Notes under the pieces: generated by a model
What the model saw: the letters and a program-made list of their open reading frames with translations, nothing else
Told to the model about the DNA's origin: nothing
Database searches by the model: none
In this document: piece by piece, positions 1 through 6,446 of the stretch
Position numbering within the stretch: position 1 is the stretch's first letter
Layout: each line of letters opens with the position of its first letter
Made by a program: the position numbers and the translations under genes
NCBI GenBank assembly: GCA_015523565.1
Contig: WAKA01000211.1
Span: forward strand, 1 to 10,491
Direction: 5' to 3'
Source: Candidatus Heimdallarchaeota archaeon
GTDB taxonomy: Archaea > Asgardarchaeota > Heimdallarchaeia > Heimdallarchaeales > Kariarchaeaceae
DNA: 10,491 nucleotides

Positions 1-1005
1 ACATTGCAGTTTAATGACCTTACAATTTTTGTTGGAGACACAAATGCAGGGAAATCAAATATAATTGAGTTCCTTGCATTTTTAGGATCTTTTGCCAATT
101 ATGACGAGGGAAATTTTAGATCTTATTTGGAAAAGTTTGTCAGATTCAATTCTTGGATCGATTTATTCTATGACCGCAATATTGACAATCAAATAGACGT
201 TTCAATTAGCTATTCCAAAGATGAAAAACAAAAACAATTACATTTAGTGATTATAAGTGACGGTGAAGGATTAGAAATAATTAAGAAATTAAAAAACCAA
301 AAGGATCAAACTCTTGCAGAGGTCGATTTTGAGGGAGATTTATTAATTTTCGAACAAGAGGAACTTGAAGATTTCAAATCTGTAAAATTCTATAATTTCA
401 GCAAAAATTTCAATTTTAATGAAGAACCTATGAGTAAAAAAAGAAGCACAGCTTTAAGACCCCCAGATGGAAACAATCTCTTTATGACGATTTGGGCATC
501 AAAAGAAAGAAGAGAGCTCATCAATGATCTGTTTTCTCTGTTTGGATATCGTGCAGTGTTTGACATTGGTAACAAAAAAATCTTATTTCAAAAGCAGGAA
601 GGAAACATTATTGTAAACTTTCCCCTATCACTCCTCTCCGATACATTGAAGGCAACAATTTTTTATTACATGGTTCTTTTATCGAACTCGCATTGCGTCC
701 TCTGTTTCGATGAACCAGAATCTTTCATGTTTCCTTCGCATATCCTAGACCTCGCAGAAGACTTTGCAAAAAATCCAAAAAGCAAGAAAAACCAAATCAT
801 TCTGACAACACACAATTCTTATTTCTTGGAAAATTTGATTACAAAAGCCAATCTCGATGCCATCAATCTTTTTGTTTGTCGGTACAAGAATTTTCATTCA
901 GAATTCAAAATGCTTTCCAAGGAGGAAATAATGAAAATCAATGACATTGATCTATTAATGAACATTGAAACGTTGTTTGAGGAGGAGGAGGAATATTTCA
1001 CATGA
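1..1005 (+). CDS. ABC/AAA-type ATPase of the AAA_15/AAA_21 (AbiEii/OLD/PARIS AriA-like) class, 5'-partial
   Basis: Walker A IFVGDTNAGKSN, degenerate ABC signature LSLLSDT, Walker B/D-loop VLCFDEPES, H-loop ILTTHNSY. The frame is open from base 1 and Walker A lies only about 10 aa in, so the true start is probably upstream of the window. AT-rich (15/60 GC in bases 241-300, hand count). Confidence 0.85.
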   Translation, partial: TLQFNDLTIFVGDTNAGKSNIIEFLAFLGSFANYDEGNFRSYLEKFVRFNSWIDLFYDRNIDNQIDVSISYSKDEKQKQLHLVIISDGEGLEIIKKLKNQKDQTLAEVDFEGDLLIFEQEELEDFKSVKFYNFSKNFNFNEEPMSKKRSTALRPPDGNNLFMTIWASKERRELINDLFSLFGYRAVFDIGNKKILFQKQEGNIIVNFPLSLLSDTLKATIFYYMVLLSNSHCVLCFDEPESFMFPSHILDLAEDFAKNPKSKKNQIILTTHNSYFLENLITKANLDAINLFVCRYKNFHSEFKMLSKEEIMKINDIDLLMNIETLFEEEEEYFT

Positions 1006-1457
1006 TGGTTTATGTTGAATGTTTTAATGACACCTATTTGTTTAAACAAATAAAAAAAATAAAAGGAAATCTAGAAATAGATCATGCAGGAAATAAAACG
1101 AGGGTCATAAAAAAAATAAAAAAAAACAAGTCTGGACTAGGGATTGTTGATAAGGACAATGATGATATGGAAAAAGAATTACCAGGATCAGTCTTTATAA
1201 GAAAAAAATATGGAATTTCAGTTTATAGCTATCATAAGTCCATTATTATTGAGTTTGAAATTGATTTGGAAAACTGGCTGTATACTGTCGCAAGGAACAA
1301 TAAATTAAAACCAAGTGATTATAATCTACCAAATTCCCTCAACAATGATCTCCCAGGACATGTAAAGAAAATGTATAAGAAAAAAGGATATTCTAAGTTC
1401 ATTTACGCCCTCTTGAAATCTGAAGAATTTCAATTTCTTCTGTCACAGATTCCCTAA
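1002..1457 (+). CDS. Small TOPRIM-like protein (DUF4435/RloB/OLD-TOPRIM-like), putative nuclease partner of the ATPase
   Basis: ATGA start/stop overlap with the ATPase (1002-1005). N-terminal VYVECFND resembles the TOPRIM hhVEGxxD motif, GLGIVDKD supplies a DxD motif, and a later DLENWL resembles the ExEN motif of OLD/DUF4435 TOPRIM domains. Confidence 0.65.
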   Translation: MMVYVECFNDTYLFKQIKKIKGNLEIDHAGNKTRVIKKIKKNKSGLGIVDKDNDDMEKELPGSVFIRKKYGISVYSYHKSIIIEFEIDLENWLYTVARNNKLKPSDYNLPNSLNNDLPGHVKKMYKKKGYSKFIYALLKSEEFQFLLSQIP

Positions 1458-1512
1458 TTTTTGAAAAGAACAAACACAACCCCTTGATTCATTTTATGAA
1501 ACAGAATCTTTT

Positions 1513-1844
1513 GTTTCAACCTATTACTAGGGTTCTCAGTCAATGAAACTTGACTTACAACCATTTTTAAAAAAAATCGTGTCATGGTTTCAACCTATTG
1601 CGAGGGTTCTCAGTCAATGAGACTACTTACTATATTAATCCAGAAATTGCAGACCTTGTAGTTTCAACCTATTACTAGGGTTCTCAGTTAATGAGACTTG
1701 ACTTACAGCTATTTTTAAAAAAAATCGGGTCATGGTTTCAACCTATTACTAGGGTTTTCAATCAATGAGACCCAGTTGGCAAGGGAGAAGACATGAGATC
1801 TTGTCCGGTTTCAACCTATTACTAGGGTTCTCAGTCAATGAGGT
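1513..1844 (-). CRISPR. Degenerate CRISPR mini-array, 5 repeats (37 bp) and 4 spacers; consensus on minus strand GTCTCATTGACTGAGAACCCTAGTAATAGGTTGAAAC
   Basis: Repeats at 1513-1549, 1587-1623, 1661-1697, 1735-1771 and 1808-1844, each with 1-2 substitutions from the consensus. Spacers are 37, 37, 37 and 36 bp. Minus orientation is inferred from the 3' TTGAAAC end and a leader homologous to that of the large array. Confidence 0.92.
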
Positions 1845-1900
1845 CGTTATGTTTTTTCTATTCTCAGCCACCCTAATAAGCTTTTTCAAAAATGCATATG
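1845..1900 (-). promoter_or_regulatory. Leader/promoter of the mini-array (BRE-TATA-like)
   Basis: Minus strand reads TTTGAAAAAGCTTATTAGGGTGGCTGAGAATAGAAAAAACATAACG and then the first repeat. This is a purine-rich BRE plus a TTAT box about 30 nt upstream of the repeat, and it shares TAGGGnGnCTGAGAAT with the array-2 leader. Confidence 0.7.
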
Positions 1901-2235
1901 ATGTTATTTTTTGTTTATTTCATGCATTTGTGCATTCGTCGTTTTGATTGTTTCAAGATGGATCTTGATTGTTCCAAGTTGGAAAATACGTTGCCTTAAT
2001 CCGATCACTTATGCAATCTGGAGGGGGTCGTGGTTGAAAGGTTTCCAGTCCTTCATTGGTCGGGTCAATGCAATCAATGGTATTTACAGGTTATTTAGTT
2101 GAAAGGGTTTGGTTTGTTAGACTGCGTGGCACATAGTTCGAGGGTAGTGAAGAGGCAGTGTTATTTTCGTTGAAATTTTGCAATAAGTTGTAGGTCTCCC
2201 AAACAGTACATAAACCCCAGAGTGGATGATAGCTT

Positions 2236-3060
2236 ATGTTCACGAATATAGGCGGTGGGGTCACACAGCTGTGCAAGTTTGGGTTGCCCACGTTGGATGA
2301 GATTGTAGGCGGGGGTCTTCCCCGTGGGACGACATGGTTGATAGAAGATGAGATTGGGGCGGATGCGGAGCCGTTCATCATGTCATTTCTTGCGTCAGGT
2401 CTTCAGGCGATGGACTATATTTTTCTTCTTTCGACGGAGCAGACATTTGACCATTACAGGAAGACATTCCAGACTTTTGGTCGGAATCCAGACATGGAGC
2501 TCCAGACGGGTCGGCTTCGTTTTATTGATGGGTTCAGCGGTTCATATCAGCTTGGTCTATCTACAGGTGTTGCAAACCCTGCGACCACGTCATTCATAGG
2601 GGGTGGGGGGATGATGGACATGGATCATAATGATGGGATAGAGACATTGCGTGACCTGACCCAACCGCGTGAGATCAACGAGGCGATCAGGCGATCGTTG
2701 TTGCATGTGCAGGAGGGACCTGCGACGGGGGTTCGTGGGGCGTGCATAAGTCTTTCCACGATTATTTATTCGGCGGGTGATTTCCGGGATGTTTATACGT
2801 TTATCCAGAATCGGCGTGCGATGGACAAGTTGAAGAACTCGACGACATTGCTATCGATACATGCGGATGCCCATGATGAGAAGATATTGCGAAGCATAGA
2901 GCATGCGGCGAACGGGGTGCTGAAGGTTCAGAGAGTGGAAAGCGGAGGCACGTCGGCATTGGAGATAGAGGTTGTTGCGTTCAATGAGAAACCTGAAAGC
3001 ATAGGCAGGAAGGCGGCATTCTTTTATGTTGGGGGTCGGCTTTCGCCAGTGGAGTTTTAG
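2236..3060 (+). CDS. RAD55/KaiC-like RecA-superfamily protein with degenerate Walker A (probably inactive ATPase; Elp4-like N-terminus)
   Basis: FGLPTLDEIVGGGLPRGTTWLIE is the typical KaiC/RAD55 N-terminal motif, but the P-loop reads DEIGADAE instead of GxxGxGKT. LRFIDGFS and IEHAANGVLKV match the later family motifs. TATA-like TACATAAA lies about 22 nt upstream of the ATG. Confidence 0.85.
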   Translation: MFTNIGGGVTQLCKFGLPTLDEIVGGGLPRGTTWLIEDEIGADAEPFIMSFLASGLQAMDYIFLLSTEQTFDHYRKTFQTFGRNPDMELQTGRLRFIDGFSGSYQLGLSTGVANPATTSFIGGGGMMDMDHNDGIETLRDLTQPREINEAIRRSLLHVQEGPATGVRGACISLSTIIYSAGDFRDVYTFIQNRRAMDKLKNSTTLLSIHADAHDEKILRSIEHAANGVLKVQRVESGGTSALEIEVVAFNEKPESIGRKAAFFYVGGRLSPVEF

Positions 3061-3068
3061 TGATACGC

Positions 3069-3210
3069 CAATGGAAAGTTGATTTAGTAGGTTTCAGGGA
3101 GAGACAGGTCAAAGGAAAGTTGATTTAGTAGATTTCAAGCAGAGACAGGTCAAAGGAAAGTTGATTTAGTAGGTTTCAGGTAAGGACAGATTAATGGAAA
3201 GTTGATTTAG
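3069..3210. repeat. Intergenic tandem repeat, 41-bp unit, about 3.5 copies
   Basis: The core GGAAAGTTGATTTAG starts at 3073, 3114, 3155 and 3196 (exact period 41). The unit is approximately CAAAGGAAAGTTGATTTAGTAGGTTTCAGGnAGAGACAGGT. It lies between convergent genes. Confidence 0.9.
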
Positions 3211-3260
3211 GCATATCAGGATAAGAGGTCAAATATCTGTCAAGGGGTTTGGAGGTTTAA

Positions 3261-3291
3261 GGGATAAAAAAAGATAAGGGATAAAAATAGG
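3261..3291 (-). terminator. Possible archaeal oligo-T terminator of the longin-like gene
   Basis: Minus strand reads CCTATTTTTATCCCTTATCTTTTTTTATCCC, starting about 14 nt after the stop codon at 3305. Confidence 0.35.
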
Positions 3292-3304
3292 AATGCATGT
3301 CATG

Positions 3305-3703
3305 TCAGATGACACCTTCATTGAGGAGGAGGATGTCAATTTTTTTCTCGACCTGCCTTATTTTGTCTGTATCGATGGAGAAGAGTTTTTTGGGGTTGCC
3401 GAACGCCTCATAGGTGACTTGGTTGATTTTTTCGAGGGCATGGGAAAGTTTGCGTTGGTCTACGTCTCCAGAGGCAATTGCTGCGGAGATATAGTTATAG
3501 TGTTTCTTGATTTCCACCTTGATGTCCTCGTCAGTGTCTAATTCGGATTTTAGTATTCTTGCGATGTTGACAAGTCTGTTCCCGCTTTCATGTGCGGCTA
3601 CAAGACCGCTTAGGATTTGGGGGTCAACGTCGTCCTTCTTTCCGAATGACCTGTGGACAAAGCAGGGGCCCAATGGAGATAATACCATTACATGCTGAAG
3701 CAT
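3305..3703 (-). CDS. Small longin/roadblock-like domain protein (Asgard-type)
   Basis: MLQHVMVLSPLGPCFVHRSF (beta hairpin with central G) is followed by VDPQILSGLVAA (helix), further beta strands and a C-terminal helix LSHALEKINQVTYEAFG, the pattern of longin/profilin-like folds. ATG at 3703 is preferred over TTG at 3721 because a TATA-like CTTATAC lies at about 3736-3742. Confidence 0.6.
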   Translation of the reverse strand: MLQHVMVLSPLGPCFVHRSFGKKDDVDPQILSGLVAAHESGNRLVNIARILKSELDTDEDIKVEIKKHYNYISAAIASGDVDQRKLSHALEKINQVTYEAFGNPKKLFSIDTDKIRQVEKKIDILLLNEGVI

Positions 3704-3826
3704 TTCAACTACCAATTGCAAATGTCATCAGGATGTATAAGAAAAATGAATACACGTCAGTGTTATTGAGGTATTATTTTTCTGTCGGGAGGGATCGGGG
3801 GGATACTGCTGTTTGGGATGGAAGGG

Positions 3827-4660
3827 CTATTCAATGAATTCAGGATATTTTCTGATCCATTCGCTCCATGATCCTGCATAGAGGGGGTAACGTCCCAATC
3901 CCAGATATTCTGCCAAGAGGATGTTGAAGCATGCGGTTACGCCAGAGCCGCAGTAGAATACTGAATTTTCGGAGATGACATTTTGGAATTTATGTTTGAG
4001 TTCGTCTTTTGGCAGAATGTCAAGGGTTTCAGAGAGGTTTTCTTTCCATGGCAAGTTTTTGGCTGTTGGGATTCTTCCTGCGAGGAAATCGGATCCGGCA
4101 TCCAATCCCATGTATCGTTCCCTGTTCCTTGAATCGATAGGGGTCATGTTTCCAGATTGGATATTTTCCTTCAATGTCCTTGCGTCAACCAGCGGGTAAC
4201 TTCCATTGTTCCATGATGTCGGCATATCCTTCAGTTTGGTTGGATTTCTGTTCCAATGGGATTCTCCCTTTTCGGTTGGCAGGTTCAGCCTTTTCCAGAG
4301 GTCAATTCCGCCCCTCATGACACTGACATTTTCGAAACCCAGAGTTTTGAGCATCCACCAGCATCTGGCGGCATATCCCCCACCGCCATTGTCATAGACA
4401 ATGATTTTATCTTGGACAGTCAATCCCAGATTTTCCAGATGTTTGATGAAACTTTCAATGGGAGGGAGTGGATGGCGTCCAGTCATTTCAGACACTTGAC
4501 CGCATAAGATCCCGTCAAGGTCAAGAAAGACTGCATGTGGGATATGTTGATTAGTGTAGAGGCGTTTTCCACCTTCAGGGTCTCCCAAAATGAATTGGGT
4601 ATCTATGAAAACCGCATCGTTGGTTTGAGAGGCATCAAGGGGGTGAATCAGGATATCCAT
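3827..4660 (-). CDS. sseA: Two-domain rhodanese sulfurtransferase (thiosulfate/3-mercaptopyruvate sulfurtransferase, SseA-type)
   Basis: HIPHAVFLD, GRHPLP, AARCWWML, GRIPTA, active-site loop YCGSGVTAC and C-terminal YAGSWSEW signature. Confidence 0.92.
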   Translation of the reverse strand: MDILIHPLDASQTNDAVFIDTQFILGDPEGGKRLYTNQHIPHAVFLDLDGILCGQVSEMTGRHPLPPIESFIKHLENLGLTVQDKIIVYDNGGGGYAARCWWMLKTLGFENVSVMRGGIDLWKRLNLPTEKGESHWNRNPTKLKDMPTSWNNGSYPLVDARTLKENIQSGNMTPIDSRNRERYMGLDAGSDFLAGRIPTAKNLPWKENLSETLDILPKDELKHKFQNVISENSVFYCGSGVTACFNILLAEYLGLGRYPLYAGSWSEWIRKYPEFIE

Positions 4661-4690
4661 TTATTCCACACACGGAGTCATTTCATATAA

Positions 4691-4820
4691 GTGTAGTGGG
4701 CATTCCATAGAAGTGTAGTGAACATTCCATAGAAGTGTAGTGGGCATTCCATAGAAGTGTAGTGAACATTCCATAGAAGTGTAGTGGGCATTCCATGGGA
4801 CGTAACAATGTTCCATAGAA
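4691..4820. repeat. Intergenic tandem repeat, 22-bp unit GTGTAGTG(GG/AA)CATTCCATAGAA, 5 copies plus degenerate tail
   Basis: Units start at 4691, 4713, 4735, 4757 and 4779, with strict GG/AA/GG/AA/GG alternation (44-bp higher-order period). In addition, the 29-mer GGCATTCCRTGGGACGTAACAATGTTCCA occurs at 4787-4815 and 4874-4902. Confidence 0.92.
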
Positions 4821-4944
4821 ATGCAGTTCAATGAATATAACGATCGCCCTCTAGAAGTAACTACCTTATATAAGGCATTCCGTGGGACGTAACAATGTTC
4901 CAGGGAAACGGGCATTACGCAATGGCAAGTTTACAGAAGTGTAA

Positions 4945-6144
4945 CTATTCAGGTTTGACAAGAACGGCGAACACAATCAGACCTATTCCTGCAATGGAAG
5001 ATGCCGTTATTGCCGCCAAGGCAGGGGATTGCTGCCAAAGGACGCTTCCGATTATTCCTGCGGGAATTATGGAAAAGGACCTGATGGTATAATATATGCC
5101 GACAGCCCTGCCTCTTTTATCGGAATTTGAGAGGTTTACGATAAGAGCCTTGCGTGCGGGTTCACCGAATTCCCTGAACCCTGCAAGGAAAAAGCCTATT
5201 GCGATCATTGGCAAGGAGTTGGCAAGGACAATTGCGGATGGGTAAAGTGCAAAACAGAGAAATCCCACGAATATGACGGGTTTGTTGCCCACTCTTTCTG
5301 CAAGGGCGGCGGCAGGCAAATATGAGAGGATTGCGACAGCCATTTGAAAGGAGACGAGCAGTCCAAAGGTTTGGGATCCGACAAATCCTACAACATACAG
5401 GACGATGAGGACTTTGACCATTGCCTGACCGAACCGAGCCAATGAGTCCGCAATCAACAGTATTTTTAGATTTTTTGGGAACGTCCTTTCACCGGTGCTT
5501 GATTTCTTGTCTTCAGTGGTATTTTCAGGAGTTGAGTTCTCAGTGGATATTTTTTTGGATTTTGAGACCAGAAGGATTGAGGAAATGCCTAGGATGATAG
5601 ATATTTCCAAGCCGAGCCTGACCCCAGGAATGATGCCCATTGAGGCAATAAGAAACCCGCCAATTGCAGGGGCGATGACTATTGGCAATCTTTTCAGGAT
5701 GGATTGCAGGGAAAAGGCATTTGTTCTTTTTTCTTTAGGGATATAATCCCCAATGATGGAAAAAAGGGTGGGTTGAAGCAACCCAGATGTCCCTTGGAGC
5801 AAAACAAGACCGAGGAAAAGGAATTGCCAAGTGGGGCTAAGCAAGTAGACCATGTAACCGAGGGTTCCCATGACCAGGAAAATCAATGCGGCATTTATTC
5901 TTCCGATTCTGTCTGACAGGATACCTCCAGGATATTGGGATATTGTTTCCAATAGGTCAGCCATTGACTTGAAAATTCCCAATGCGATGATCGATCCTCC
6001 CAGCGACACAAAATAGGTTGGCAAAAATTCAGACCAGAGCTGTTCGCCAAGGTTGATAAGGAGGATTGCGACAAAAAGTGCCAAGACATGGCGTTCAATA
6101 GCCAAGAATTCCTTGACCTGGGAAGAGAATGAAGTGGCATTCAT
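4945..6144 (-). CDS. MFS transporter (12 TM)
   Basis: MFS motif A GGILSDRIGR, second-half LAERVGNK and KRGRAVG, about 12 hydrophobic segments and a polar central linker. Confidence 0.92.
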   Translation of the reverse strand: MNATSFSSQVKEFLAIERHVLALFVAILLINLGEQLWSEFLPTYFVSLGGSIIALGIFKSMADLLETISQYPGGILSDRIGRINAALIFLVMGTLGYMVYLLSPTWQFLFLGLVLLQGTSGLLQPTLFSIIGDYIPKEKRTNAFSLQSILKRLPIVIAPAIGGFLIASMGIIPGVRLGLEISIILGISSILLVSKSKKISTENSTPENTTEDKKSSTGERTFPKNLKILLIADSLARFGQAMVKVLIVLYVVGFVGSQTFGLLVSFQMAVAILSYLPAAALAERVGNKPVIFVGFLCFALYPSAIVLANSLPMIAIGFFLAGFREFGEPARKALIVNLSNSDKRGRAVGIYYTIRSFSIIPAGIIGSVLWQQSPALAAITASSIAGIGLIVFAVLVKPE

Positions 6145-6165
6145 TTTTTAAGACTGCATGGGGGG

Positions 6166-6175
6166 TTTATAAAAA
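6166..6175 (-). promoter_or_regulatory. TATA box of the MFS gene (probably leaderless mRNA)
   Basis: TTTTTATAAA lies about 22 nt upstream of the ATG at 6144. Confidence 0.45.
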
Positions 6176-6235
6176 GAGTCATTTCAAGGCCTATTTGAAT
6201 TGCACCAAATATTTGTTCAGGTTAGAGCTTACTCA

Positions 6236-6375
6236 AATTACCTTGTCTGACTGCAATTTGATTATGAACCAGCTTGTCAATTGCCTTGCCTGATTGCAAT
6301 TTGATAAAAAGCCAGCTTGTTAATTACCTTGTCTGACTGCAATTTAATTATAAACCAGCTTGGCAATTACCTTGT
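6236..6375. repeat. Intergenic tandem repeat, 43-bp unit, about 3.3 copies
   Basis: AATT(A/G)CCTTG starts at 6236, 6279, 6322 and 6365 (exact period 43). The unit is approximately AATTACCTTGTCTGACTGCAATTTGATTATAAACCAGCTTGTC. It lies between divergent genes. Confidence 0.9.
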
Positions 6376-6446
6376 TTCCCGACTAATGACCAATTGGTTG
6401 ATTTCAAACCAAAAAGAGTTTTATTTGATGGATATTGCAGTCAACT

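Noticed and set aside
1624-1660. Mini-array spacer reverse complement shares CTGCAATTT with the 43-bp repeat
   Set aside because: Only 9 contiguous nt, which is insufficient.
1772-1807. Loose similarity to large-array spacer 3 (CCAGTT..GGC..GGGA..AGA..TGAG)
   Set aside because: It needs several gaps and is probably coincidental.
1765-2102. ORFs 1765-1947 and 1911-2102 (+)
   Set aside because: They overlap the mini-array and its leader, are short, and have no motifs.
2236-3060. Calling this gene kaiC or radA/radB
   Set aside because: It has a single domain, no Walker A lysine and no RadA N-terminal domain, so a symbol is not justified.
4661-4915. 84-aa minus-strand ORF with repeated HYTSMEC
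   Set aside because: It is a translation of the 22-bp tandem repeat. The unit is not a multiple of 3, so it is unlikely to be a real protein.
3069-6375. Tandem repeats as additional CRISPR arrays
   Set aside because: The units are near-identical along their whole length, with no unique spacers and no GAAAC-type end.
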